DNA from: Camelus ferus
Lineage: Eukaryota
Assembly (NCBI RefSeq): GCF_009834535.1
Contig: NC_045696.1
Span: forward strand, 70,806,001 to 70,870,000
Reading direction: 5' to 3'
DNA length: 64,000 bases
In this document: piece by piece, positions 26,101 to 36,200 of the stretch
How positions within the stretch are numbered: position 1 is the first letter of the stretch
Layout of the letters: each line of letters starts with the position of its first letter
Notes under the pieces: generated by a model
The model's input: the letters and a program-made list of their open reading frames with translations, nothing else
Databases searched by the model: none
What the model was told of the DNA's origin: nothing
Position numbers and translations under genes: made by a program

Positions 26101-29100
26101 CAGCCCCCTCCCCCCTCTAGCCAGATTCCTCCACAGTTTAAAACAAGCCCTGCGCTGGCTCTGGGAGGAGGGAGTGGAAGGAGGGGATGGTTGGGTGGTG
26201 GGAGGTGGGAGGCTGGGGGGAGGTTCTTCATTTCTGTTCAATTTCTGGGGAGCGAGAGAGGGAGGGGGTGGGGATCGGCCCTTGGCCATCGCTCAGCCTT
26301 GGCCATCACTCAATCTCGGCACATTTTTCCCATTAATGAGGAGAGGACTTGGATTTCGAGTCATGTGTGCCTGAGGAAGGGCTCCGGTCACCCTGGTGGG
26401 GAGGGGAGCTTGCTCTCTCAGGGAGCAGAGGGGCCTGCTCCCTTCAGCAAGAGGGATACCATGGGATGCCTGTGTCCCAGTCTCAGGAAGAACATGGAGG
26501 GGCCCAGAATCTATCTGTCTGTGGTGTTGAAGGGAAGAGACCCACCCCAACAGAGTCCGCCTTTTTTCTTTCTGTGTGTGGTGTGGTGTGGTGTGGGGTG
26601 TGTGTGCGTGTGTACATGCTGGGGTAAAGGACAGCAGGTACAGGGGACAAGGACAAAAGAGGAATGAGGGAGCAGTCTCCAAACTCCCAGCTGCCAACTG
26701 CACCCAACTGCCAATGCGGCTGCTGGAGGGGACCAGAGAGCCGGTGGCCACTCCCAGACACAGGGCTCTGTTGCACAGGGAACCCCACCAACCCCACACA
26801 GGGAACCCCACCAACCCCCAAAAGCAAGCAGGGAAGCAGACACTGGGCCTTTCTGGGGCTTTCGGAGACTGGGGTTTCAATCTTCAGAATGAAAGCAACA
26901 CCCCTTTCGGGTTTCCACAGGCTTTGGGGAACAGCCACGTGGCAGCAGCTGTATGGCCCTGACCCGTGCACACAGATGCACACACATCGCCCAGTTCTCA
27001 GTGGCTGGGCTCGTTCCCTACCATTGGGGCCAAAGAGCGACAAGTCACACATATGGTAGACAAAAACACACAAAGCCACAGCCGCCCACAAACACACAGG
27101 CAGCTTCAGACACAGGCATGGCCTGTCTTTTTCAGACACACAGATGCATATGGTACAAACAGATTAGTCTTCCTGAGGCATTCATATACAGTAAATGTTT
27201 CCTACACATGGATTCGGCGCACCTTAGGCAAAGACACTCTCACAGTCTTCGTATGTGCAGACATATGCATCCAAAAGCGCATTCTCCCTACACACTCAAC
27301 TGCATACTATTGCCAGCCACACATCAGACTCTTGAGTGTAGTCAAGTGCAAACACAAACACCAGTTTCCCTTTACAGACGCACTGACATGCTCTTCCACA
27401 GTCACACACAACTAGCGTCAGCTGTGCACACACACAGGCACCCATTTGCACTGAAACATTCCGCAGGAGCATGTAGACGCAGTCTAAGTATTAATATCTA
27501 GAATTTGTGTAGAGCGTCAGAGGTGCATCCTCTGTGCACATGCAACACACACGCGCGCGCGCGCACACACACACACACACCCACTGCACGCAGATCCCTT
27601 CTATGAGGCCAGTCTTCAAGTGAGGTGGAGGAAGAGTTGGGAGAGATCAGTGTCTGCTGAGAGAGAAGAGGGACCAGGCAGCCTTGGCCAGAGGCTCAGG
27701 GAAGGAACGAGCCCCAGACCTGCTTCCTGTGGCCCTGGCCCAGGCAGGAGTTTTAACAGGTCAGGAGGTTGGGGGTGGGGCAGGGACATGAAGATGATTC
27801 TAGGTGTGGCTGGGTGCAGCCTCCCAGGTACAGCCCTTGCCCGAAGCAGCAGGCCACTTCCCTGCCAGCACAATGGCACCGTCCCCAGCACTCAGCCCTT
27901 GGGGAGGGGGTGGCATGATGGAGACAATTAGCCTCAGGAGCTTTGGGCAACACTTCTACACATAAGTTGGGGGCCCAGCAGGAGAACATCGTGGGCACCC
28001 AGTGTCTGAGGGCCTCACTGGGCCACCCTGGTGCAGGGGAACCAGCTGGGAGCCTGCCACCTGCTCCAGTGAAGGGCCAGGCGCATACAACTTTATGGAG
28101 CTGCCAGACCCCAAAGCACCCCTAAGCCCCAAGTCACACAGAGCACCCCACCCTGGGAATAGGCATGTTAGTGAGACCCAGAGAGTCCAAAAGTTCTAGA
28201 GATAGAAACAAGAAGCCACCAGCCCAAACTCCAGACCAGGGACTTTGAAGGTGGCGGGAAAGGTCACACTCCTGGGCTGGGCCAGTGGAGTATGTAGGGA
28301 CAGAAGGGCAGAGGGCAGGGTCTATGCAAGAAGGCACACCCTGGAGTCCTGCCTGCAAATAGAGGGAGAAAACTCCTCCTCACCTTGGAGTTGGTCCCCC
28401 TCCTCCACCTGGGATCCCTCCCTCAGCCAACCAACCTGAGGGATCTGTTCTGTCTTCTCTCATCCCTCCCCGCCCCACCCCCTGCATGTCAGCGCATATA
28501 CACCAGTGATTCAGGGTGGTCAGTCAGAGAGAAAGGGGTCTTAGGCAGACCCTGCCATGAGACCTGGAGGGCCACCTCTCCCTCCCCTTGCCATGGTCCC
28601 TAGGCTCTCAAGTCTGGGATAGAGGGGAGGGGAGCATCTCAGAACAGAGAACACATTTTGTTTTTCATTCTTCCCCTCAGATCATGGGGATTTATAATTA
28701 AATAAACCTGAGAGGGAGGAGAAGGGAGGAAGAAGCACAGGGCAGGGAGCCTAAATGCCTCAGTGCTCATCCATGCCCCCCACCCAAGTCATAGCCCTGC
28801 CAGCCAGCCAGAAGGACAGACAGACAGACGGCTAGCCCTTATGGAGGCCTCTGAGCCCTTCCCTGGGATCCCCGCCACAGTGGGTGTGACCAGGAGTTTG
28901 GGGACAGAAAAGCAATAGGAGACCCGGCACCAGGGCCAGCCCCTGGGGCAGGGGGTCTCTCCCACCCCATCAGGTGCCCAGCTGTACCCAGTCTTTCTCC
29001 CTCCACCCCCAGCTGCCCAATCCCGACAAACCAGTTTGACTCAGCACAACAGGCAGGGCTACAATTTTCAAACTATGCAGGCCTGGTGATTCAGCCTCTT

Positions 29101-32100
29101 CATGCTGTTTAATTAGTGTAAGGCCGGGCGGCAGAAGCCTTGCCCATCGTAGCTTTGGGAGAGCTTCGCTGCCGCTGAGGCCACAGTGGCAGCAGTGGCA
29201 GCAGTTCTGGTTAAAGGGAAGGCAGTGCCGAGCAAACTGGTTCCCCCAAATACCTGCTGCTGTCCCTTGGTCGCAGCTGTGAGGTGCCAGCTCAAGACAA
29301 ACAGGGGCGGGGTCGGGGGCGCCAGAGGCCACTGGAACAAGCGAGGAAGCCACAGAAACCCCAGCCCGCTGTCCCCTCTCCCCTCTCAGTGGTCAATGTT
29401 GCTGCCTCCGAGAAAGAGCTGGGCTCACACACTGCCTCTCTCCCACTTCCACTGCAGCGGCAAGTCCGCTACAGGGCTTGCCTGGGAGAAGGCCATCCAA
29501 CCCCCACCTCTTACCTCTAGTAACTGTTTCTCTTTTCTCAAAAAGGTCTGTTCCTGGCAGGGACCTCCCCATCCTATCTGAGGTATCAGGGCCCTATGGT
29601 CCAGACATCCTTCCTCATCCCAAACACTGTTCCTTGTCTGCTCACTGCCCGACCCCACTCCCTGGTTTGTGGTCCCGAAGGGGAAAATGATCTTGGCTTG
29701 GGGGACTGGGGAATATAACTTGAAAGGAGAGTAAGCAACAAAGTGGCCCTGTTTCCCTGCGACTGAGGATAAATCCGAGGGCAATCTGTGTGTTGGGGGT
29801 GGGAATCAATCAGAGGGCAAGGGGAGAGGTGTCTCTCCAACCCAGGAGGACTAGCAAGGACCCTGGTTCATCCTCATGGAAAACTGATGAGACATTTGGA
29901 TGCAGAGTCTTGGTGAACCCCAAGTGTGTAGGGAGGAAGAGCAACCAGATGCTAGATAGCATCTAATCAATGAGTCCATGAGGGGCAGCACCCACAGCTC
30001 AAGGACCCTGGGCCTCAATATAACAACCCTAGATGCAGAGAGTCTAAAGGCTCCCCAAGACCAAGGGCAAACGGAATCCTGGCAAAACCAAAGGGAAGGC
30101 TGGAGCAAGGGGGTAAGATCCTCCACCCATGAAGCTTGGGGGCCAAAGAGATTTTCAGTGCTCGGGGTTGCATCTAGCCCTGCCCTCTGCCACAGCCCAG
30201 GACCCCCAAGTCCACCTATCCCACCATTTAAGCTCCAGAATGGGGGTGGGGTACAGGGGGGAATCAAGAATAGCTGCCCCCTGATCCAGCTCTCCTCCTA
30301 TCCCATCCCTTCTCTCCCAAAGCTAGAGAGAGATGGAGGTGGGGGACATATCCTCCCCCATCATTGCTTCCTCTAACCTCCCTCCAGCAGGGCCAGGGCC
30401 CACACCAATTTTACTTCTGGTGCTCCCCAAGGAGCAGACCCTAGGGTAATAATAATAACAGTTAATCCTTGAATAACAACGGCTATGTGCTAAGCACTTG
30501 ACACACGTTAAGGGTTTGATCTTCATAACAACCCTAGGAGGTGGGTTCCACTACTCTGCCATCTCACAGTGAGGGTGGGCAGATGGGCCCCTGGGCTGAG
30601 GCATTACCTTTCTTTTTCCTTTCATTCTCACACAAACTGAAGACCCTAAGTGCTGAAATACGGCAAAAAATGAAGGAACTGGTGAAAGCCACACTTGAGA
30701 GGCACTGCTCCCTTCCCAGGGGCATCCCACACTGGCCTGGCCCCCAGCCACCACCCTCCCGCCAGGGAATAGACCCAGATCCCACTTCACAGTCTAGGGG
30801 GGGAGGGGACAGAAGAGGGGGCAATGGCCCCACTGCCCTCTCTTCCCTGGGCTGCTACAGCTCCTCAGGCCTCTGCCTCTAGATCAGCCCCTTAACCCTC
30901 AGCCAAGCCAGGATGCCAGCTCCCAGTTAGGGCCTGTCAGTTAGGGTCTAGAGGGTCCAGCAGAGTGTGAGAGGTGAAGAGGAGGAAGGAAGAGAAAGAG
31001 GAAGCAGGGGAGGGAGGGAGGAAGGAAGAGGTGAGCCTTCTCAGGTAACCCTTGCTCACCTGACCCACCCCCCCACCTCAGGGCCAGCACCCACCACACG
31101 CCAAAATAAGGGCTCTGGGCCGGGGCACATACAGCCCTGAAAGCGCGTGTGCCCGCATCGCCTCTCCTGGGCCAAGACACAGACACAGACCTGAGAACTC
31201 CAACAGGCTCCATGGCTCACACCCTTGAGGCAATCAACAACAAAGCCCCACACCGGTTTCTCACGCCTGCGATCCTATCACACACATGTGGGTGAGTGTG
31301 CGCAAGTGTGGGCGCGACCTCGGTGTGTCTGTCTGGATCTGCATGTGTCCACCCGTGTGAATCAGTCTGTCGGCACCAGTAAGCTCAGAGAGAAAAGACA
31401 GGTGGGGTTCATAGGAATGTTTATTTTCCCCTGGAGAAAATGAGAACGCACCAGAAGATGCCTTTCTCAGTGGAACTGTGTTCTTTCTTCCTTCCAACCT
31501 TTTGGTTTACCAGTTGTGAACGTAGGAACAAACCGAGTTATACAGAACTCATGTTTTTGTTCTTCAACTAATAAAGTGACTAGATTGGTTAAAGACATCA
31601 AATATAAGAACTGCCTATATCCCAGTTTCCCCCAAATTTCTGCTGGTGTCCTTCCTTCCACATTAGAGAAGGCTTTTCTTCCCTTATTTAATGACTCCAA
31701 AAATTTTGGAAACTGTGTGGGTATCTGTGTCTGTATGTCTACTGTTTGTGACCAGTGTCTGTGCCTCTGTCCCCGGAGGCTTGTGTCAAGTGGATGGTGT
31801 GAGCTCTCCCACCAGGGCCAACAACACTTGGGCTGTTGATCCAAGTACAGTCTTTTGGAAGTTGGAGCCAACCCCTCAGCAGCCGTCTGGGCAGGTTTCA
31901 CAGAACCCATCAAGAAGCCCGGCCTTTTCCCACCGGTAATGGGTAAGGCACCCGGCTCCAGGGCTATCTGGGACAAACCCCACAACCTCAGGGGTTCAGA
32001 GGAGACCCGAGCACTCGGGGGGGTCTTGCTAGACGGCGGAAGGGAAGCCGCAGAACAATGTGCAACGCCGGTGCACACAGCACCTCGTGTGTAGTTGGCG

Positions 32101-32725
32101 CTCGGTAAACCGTAAACAATAACAGGCCCCCGCCTCTCCACCCCCGCAGTCGTCCCCCGGCAAAGCGGGGTGCATACACTCACACTCTCACATTTAACGC
32201 CAACGGGTTCCTAACCCACCGCCCCACAACCTCGGGAGTCCCGCTTCGCCGCCACCCCCAACAGCCCCGCATTAACCTCAGAGACCCCACCTTGCCTGGT
32301 GGGTCGCCCATACTGCCTTGCCTCTGGAGGTGCCGAGGGCCCCGATCCTCTGCCGTGAGTGCGGGGTACTCCCACAAAAGCTCACGCCGGGCCATGACTT
32401 TTGGCGACGATCGCCTGAGTCGAGCTGCCGGCAATCCCGCAACCCGCGGACCGCCGGCCGCGTAGGCAGCTGAAACCACCGAAGCGGCTCCGGAGGCGTC
32501 CTCCCCACCTCATCCTCCTGTCCCCGGAGAGGGCACGGGTGACAGAGCTTCCTCCGACATGCGCCCGACCGGCATCGGACCCGGGCCCTCGAGCCCACCC
32601 TCGGGCAACCCTGGACACCTTAACCTTTGGACGCGCCCCCCGACGCCGCTCACCTTCCAGCGCCCGGCAGCCAGTGGGCAGCAGCAGCGGCAGGAGCAGC
32701 AGCGGAGAGAGCAGCGGCAGGAGCC

Positions 32726-32759
<34 letters not shown>

Positions 32760-32774
32760 GCGGGCTCGGGCCAT
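14083..32774 (-). CDS. EPHB3: Ephrin type-B receptor 3, full 16-exon CDS span (3009 nt, 1002 aa): signal peptide, ephrin-binding domain, Cys-rich region, 2x FN3, TM, Tyr kinase, SAM, PDZ-binding C-terminus (-PVQV)
   Basis: Exon translations match EphB3 (MARARPPP..., [78 protein letters not shown]). All 15 introns are GT-AG and exon lengths sum to 3009 nt. Confidence 0.98.
14300..14455 (-). CDS. EPHB3: EPHB3 exon 15 (156 nt; SAM domain)
   Basis: [31 protein letters not shown]...AQMTA; CACAG| and |GTGAGT. Confidence 0.96.
14549..14742 (-). CDS. EPHB3: EPHB3 exon 14 (194 nt; kinase C-lobe)
   Basis: [18 protein letters not shown]...VIASAQS; TCAG| and |GTCAGT. Confidence 0.96.
14835..14984 (-). 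CDS. EPHB3: EPHB3 exon 13 (150 nt; kinase)
   Basis: [29 protein letters not shown]...MSNQD; CCAG| and |GTGAGT. Confidence 0.96.
15096..15311 (-). CDS. EPHB3: EPHB3 exon 12 (216 nt; catalytic loop, DFG)
   Basis: [17 protein letters not shown]...HRDLAARN...DFGLSR...PTYTSSL; CTAG| and |GTACAG. Confidence 0.96.
15789..16036 (-). CDS. EPHB3: EPHB3 exon 11 (248 nt; kinase N-lobe)
   Basis: [26 protein letters not shown]...LDSFLR; GCAG| and |GTAAGA. Confidence 0.96.
16149..16271 (-). CDS. EPHB3: EPHB3 exon 10 (123 nt; juxtamembrane tyrosines)
   Basis: [44 protein letters not shown]| and |GTAAGT. Confidence 0.96.
16480..17200 (+). mobile_element. L2 fragment in EPHB3 intron 9
   Basis: ccttgtccaggcc...gcaatagcttcc...aagtccaaactcct...ctcctccaagaagccttccc...agactaagtgcccctgaggacaggg. 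Confidence 0.65.
17320..17372 (-). CDS. EPHB3: EPHB3 exon 9 (53 nt; juxtamembrane)
   Basis: [21 protein letters not shown]| and |GTGAGT. Confidence 0.94.
17765..17873 (-). CDS. EPHB3: EPHB3 exon 8 (109 nt; transmembrane helix)
   Basis: [39 protein letters not shown]| and |GTACTC. Confidence 0.95.
17955..18114 (-). CDS. EPHB3: EPHB3 exon 7 (160 nt; FN3-2)
   Basis: [26 protein letters not shown]...FETTSER; TGCAG| and |GTACAC. Confidence 0.95.
18293..18417 (-). CDS. EPHB3: EPHB3 exon 6 (125 nt; FN3-2)
   Basis: [45 protein letters not shown]| and |GTCAGA. Confidence 0.95.
18583..18933 (-). CDS. EPHB3: EPHB3 exon 5 (351 nt; FN3-1)
   Basis: [17 protein letters not shown]...NITTNQA; CACAG| and |GTGAGA. 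Confidence 0.96.
19050..19340 (+). mobile_element. L2 3' fragment in EPHB3 intron 4
   Basis: ccttcaaggct...gtcacctcctcttggaagctttcc...gcaagctcctaggacag...tgcctggcac. Confidence 0.55.
19718..19873 (-). CDS. EPHB3: EPHB3 exon 4 (156 nt; Cys-rich/EGF-like)
   Basis: [22 protein letters not shown]...SACT; CGCAG| and |GTGAGT. Confidence 0.96.
20619..20752. mobile_element. MER94-like MITE in EPHB3 intron 3
   Basis: caatttattatccaaa...ttttgagagtgaaagggggca...aataat...atatggtcaccct; collinear with the copy at 43109-43242. Confidence 0.65.
21570..21790 (-). mobile_element. MIR SINE in intron 3
   Basis: gccaggcactg...ccccattg...atgaggaaac..ggttca...aagtactttgcccaaagt.acacag. Confidence 0.65.
22203..22875 (-). 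CDS. EPHB3: EPHB3 exon 3 (673 nt; ligand-binding domain)
   Basis: [11 protein letters not shown]...KESQCR inside ORF 22042..22938; CACAG| acceptor, |GTGAGT donor. Confidence 0.97.
22970..23470. mobile_element. Cluster of MIR fragments in intron 2
   Basis: gggttcaaatcccag...tgtgactatgggtaagtcactt; gcctcagtttc...tataaaatggg; a reverse core at about 23340-23460. Confidence 0.65.
24055..24119 (-). CDS. EPHB3: EPHB3 exon 2 (65 nt)
   Basis: CACAG|AGACCCTCATGGATACAAAATGG...AGTGGG|GTAAGA encodes (E)[21 protein letters not shown]; not resolved in the ORF track. Confidence 0.95.
27545..27580. repeat. Compound (CA)n(CG)n(CA)n microsatellite in intron 1
   Basis: acacacacgcgcgcgcgcgcacacacacacacacac. 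Confidence 0.9.
32654..32774 (-). CDS. EPHB3: EPHB3 exon 1 coding part (signal peptide, 121 nt)
   Basis: ATG in GCCATGG Kozak context; MARAR-P11[24 protein letters not shown]; donor GAAG|GTGAGC. Confidence 0.96.
32727..32759 (-). repeat. Pure (CCG)11 coding repeat giving Pro11 in EPHB3 exon 1
   Basis: Plus strand (CGG)11 without interruption. Confidence 0.95.
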
Positions 32775-33704
32775 GGCCGGGGAGGGTTCCGGGAGCCGAG
32801 CCGGGCCGCGCCGGGCCGCGCCGGCGGGGCTGCGGGCACCCACGGGAGGGTCCGCTCGGCGAGCTCCAAAGAAGGCTTGCGCACGGTTCCAGGAGATTCA
32901 GGCAAGGAGAGAATGCAATCCAGTCGGGCGGCTTCGGGACCTAGCCGGCGCCCTGAGCCGGGCGATGCGGGCAGGTCGGTCCTGGGGAAATCCGGGCGGA
33001 CCGGTCCAGGAGAATCCGGGGCGCTTGGAGAGCTCGGAGCCAGAGGACTCGGAGAGGCGGGCCGGGACGAGAGTGCGCAAGTGGTGGTAGTTCGAAGTGC
33101 ACAGTAATCCAGCGGTCTGCGGTGGGCCCGACCCAGACCCGGAGCTCCGGATGCGCGCGCCGTCCGGGGTCCGAGCTGGGTTCTTGCTGCGCCGCTCACG
33201 TACTCACTTCTGCTGTCCCCTGCGCTGGCGCGGCCGCTCTGGGCGAGAGGGGCGGGACCGGCCGCCTGCCTGTCAACCCCTAGGCCCCGCCCCTGGTCCC
33301 CGGCCACCCAATCACAGGCAGCCAAGAGCGCTAGTTCGGCCTCGAGAGCACTCGGCTGGAGTTCAGTTGGCGGTGCCTCCATCAGGCCCACCCTCGGGTT
33401 CTCTGAGGCCTGGGGTGGGCGGGGCTAAGAAAAAGATGAATTAGATTGGGCGGAGCGATACTGTCCATCAGAGGGAGAAACCCGCCTCCTGCCGCCCATT
33501 GGCGATTAGTAACCGAACCTAAATCCGAGGAGGTCCCATCCACATACAGCGAGCTGGGGGCGCCCCCGTGTGGCCTGTATGTGCCCAGGGTCGCCCCCAC
33601 GTGGTTCTTTACAGGCCCGTACAGAACATAACTAAACTCAGTCTAGGCACTACCAGGTGGGTACCCTCCGCGACATATCCTGTGACTAGGGCCTTCTCGC
33701 ATGT

Positions 33705-34600
33705 TTATTTATTCATTCATTCATTCAGCCGTGTGTTTCATCGTTCTTTGAGCCAAAGACTCTAGAAACTTCTGGCAATACAGCAATGGATAAAACAGAG
33801 GCTTGTATTCTCTTGGAGCTAGTTTAGCGGTGGAGGCAGGCATGAAGTCATCACAGGAGAGTGTAACAAGTATCATTATGGAGGAAGGACAGAGTTGCTG
33901 GAGCACGTGTGAGAGGGCCCTGAGGAAATGACATTCAAGCAGAAATATGAAAGATGAATAGCAGGTGAAGGATGTATGTTTGGGGAGGTGGGGGACGGCA
34001 GTTTAAGGCAAAGCAAATACATTTTGTGTGAAGTCCCAGGGGCAAGAGAAATTGATATTTATTGGTGGAAGCTGAATGATGTTCAGAATATCTTAAATGT
34101 AGAGTTAGAGGCTGAGAGGGGCTGAAGGAAGCTTGGAGTAGGTGTCGGGTACCAGAGGGATTTTTTTTTAGATTCATAAGGCCTTCCTGAGAGCTGGGCA
34201 TCTAAGCACATCTTCCCCCACCATTTTGAATTTCCAACTCACTTGAAATAAATGTCAGACTAAATACTAAATAAAATAACATAAAATAAAAAGATGAGCT
34301 AAGATCTGAAGCAGAGGCATCACCTTATCAGGTTCACATGGCTGCTCGAGGAAGGAAGAATGGGAAGAGGCAAGAGTGGAAGCAGAGAGGTCACAGAGAA
34401 AGCTGTACGGTGGTCAGTCAGAGGAATACGGTGGCTTGCTCTAGGGTGGTGGCTGTGAGGATGGAGAGAAGCAGGCCAGTCTAAGGTCTTTTAGGAGGTA
34501 GAGTTCAGGGGATTGTGACTGAGTGGTTGTGAGATCTAGGGTAGTTGGAGACATCAAGGAGAACTCCCAAATTTCTGGATTGGGCAAATAGACTTCTACC
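33705..34600 (-). mobile_element. L2 fragment immediately upstream of the EPHB3 promoter
   Basis: Starts with a tttattcattcattcattca tail; gaggaaatgacattcaagcaga...; gcaagagtggaagcagagagg...ggtggcttg.ctagggtggtggctgtgaggatggagagaag. Confidence 0.7.
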
Positions 34601-34795
34601 CCATTTCCTCAACAAACATTTGTAAAGAGCCATAAACACTCTGAAAAAAATCTGTCTTATTTTTTAAAAGGCACATGTTATTATAGCCTCATTTCACAAA
34701 CAAAACTGACATCTAGAAAGGCTGAGTGACTTGCTTCAAGTCACAGTGCTCATAGGTGGCCGGGGTGGGATTTGAATCAAGAACTGTATAGCTTT

Positions 34796-34950
34796 CATTT
34801 ATTGTTGTAGTATTTTAATTATTTTATTTTGGCAGGGGGGAGGTAATTAGGTTTATTTAATTTTTTTTTTCAGAGGAGGTACTGGGGATTGAGCCCAGGA
34901 CCTCCTGCATGCTAAGCATGCGCTCTACCACTTTAGCTATACCCTCCCTC
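34796..34950 (-). mobile_element. tRNA-Ala(AGC)-derived SINE (camelid vic-1-type)
   Basis: Minus strand GGGAGGGTATAGCTAAAGTGGTAGAGCGCATGCTTAGCATGCAGGAGGTCCTGGGCTCAATCCCCAGTACCTCC, then A-rich spacer, CCTAATTACCTCCCCCC and A-rich tail. Perfect 18-bp TSD CAAGAACTGTATAGCTTT at 34778-34795 and 34951-34968. Confidence 0.88.
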
Positions 34951-35039
34951 CAAGAACTGTATAGCTTTTAGGCTCACTCATTCTACTTCATCAGACACCT
35001 AAGGATCACCAATGTGTCAAAAACTCAGAATTCTGAGCC

Positions 35040-35155
35040 ATCCACCCACCTTGGATGCTGGGATTCAGAAGCTCTGGGATATGCAGCCCAGGATTCTGCA
35101 TTTTAAATAAGCATCCCAGGTGATTCACATACACACTAAAGTCCGAGAGTCACTA
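35040..35155. mobile_element. MER5-like fragment
   Basis: gcccaggattctgcattttaaataagcatcccaggtgattc...taaagtccgagagtcact. Confidence 0.55.
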
Positions 35156-35489
35156 TTACCATGCAGCCTCTCACTGTCGTAACTAGAGAAACAACCCTCC
35201 ATGGTCCCTCTGAACCTTCCCCAGCTACCCTGAGATTTCTGGGGCAGAGAGTGAGTCAAGTGGCCTTGGAAACAAGATTGTCACACTTAATCCTCTGACC
35301 ATGAAGCGCCGTTGATCCAGTCCTAGGAGCTCCGTTAGTGTAAGTGAGGTCACTGATTCAGTGCTGGAGGACATTGCTCTGAGAGGTCAGTCCTCCTGGC
35401 CAGAGGTATGTGTGGGTACATGGGGCTAGGCTGGGGGTGGGGGGAAGAAGGTGCCATGAGATTCCCAGATTCCACCCCACCCCAAGGCA

Positions 35490-36200
35490 CTTCTGCCTTT
35501 GATCTCTACTCAAGCAAGAGAGAGACTTTGAGCAACATCGTTCAAAGTTCTAGACCACAGAAGGGATCTTAGAGAAGATCTTGTGCAACTATCCCATTGT
35601 AGAGCTGGAAAGCCTGAGGCCCAGAGGTAGGACAGCTTGTCCTAGAGTCCTTTCTGCCCTGAGGTGCTGGTTGGAGTAAGGCAGGGTAATATTTCAGCAG
35701 GTGGCCTGGCAGTAACACCTCCCAGCTGAAGCCCTGCTAGTTGTAAGCCCTGCTGTGAGGCCAGTGCTCCTGTTTGCTCAGCATCTGTGCCAGGGCAGGC
35801 CTCACCCTGGACAAACACAGCCCGCCTGGCGGCAGGCACCTGGGCTCCTTTGTTCTTGGGCCCGATAGAAGAGGCAGCAGGGTCAGCAGGTAATGGAGGG
35901 CCCGTCCTCACCGGATGTTGGCACCATGGTTCCCACGGGAATGCTTCCTGATCAAGAGGCCGACAAGCTGGAGGGCACCTGAGTGCTGGCTACAACAGCC
36001 TGTGGCAGGAAGGTGACCACCTGGCAACAGAACAGACATGAGAGGAGGGCAGGTGGAGGGACAGGAACTGAAGGCCAGGGCAGATAAGGAGAGCAGGGAC
36101 ACCTCCATCTCTCCAGTGCCAGAAGGCCTGTAACCCTCTTATCTTTCCAAGCTGAGGAAGTACCGAGGAACCCAGGAAGCGGGCTCCAACCTTTGATTTG
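35490..36200. promoter_or_regulatory. Candidate upstream enhancer (TCF/LEF, RBPJ, ETS and E-box cluster)
   Basis: CCTTTGATC 35496-35504; TTCAAAG 35541-35547; CCTTTGAT 36190-36197; ACCGGATGT 35910-35918; TTCCCACG 35930-35937; five CAGGTG/CACCTG between 35698 and 36055. Confidence 0.6.

Larger units (their letters stand above)
32000..33650 (-). promoter_or_regulatory. EPHB3: CpG-island promoter and 5' UTR of EPHB3, with GC boxes and CCAAT boxes
   Basis: Very high GC and CpG density over exon 1. GGGCGG/CCGCCC boxes at about 33250, 33287, 33416, 33448 and 33492. CCAAT at 33308-33312, ATTGG at 33445-33449 and 33498-33502. No obvious TATA. Exact TSS cannot be determined. Confidence 0.85.

Noticed and set aside
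25647..27501. Cluster of 150-298 aa ORFs in intron 1
   Set aside because: Overlapping in many frames, low-complexity (CA/GT and G-rich) and no recognisable protein features
32775..32843. In-frame upstream GTG giving a 23-aa N-terminal extension of EphB3
   Set aside because: Weak context (C at -3), while the ATG at 32774 has strong Kozak context and begins a normal signal peptide; I also saw no upstream ATG in about 450 nt of leader
32510..33444. Long ORFs on both strands over the promoter (up to 293 aa)
   Set aside because: Stop-poor GC-rich CpG island; low-complexity Arg/Pro/Gly translations with no domain similarity
34876..34950. tRNA-Ala(AGC) gene
   Set aside because: It has a SINE body, an A-rich tail and an 18-bp TSD, plus mismatches in the D and T arms; it is a SINE head, as is the copy near 62420-62494
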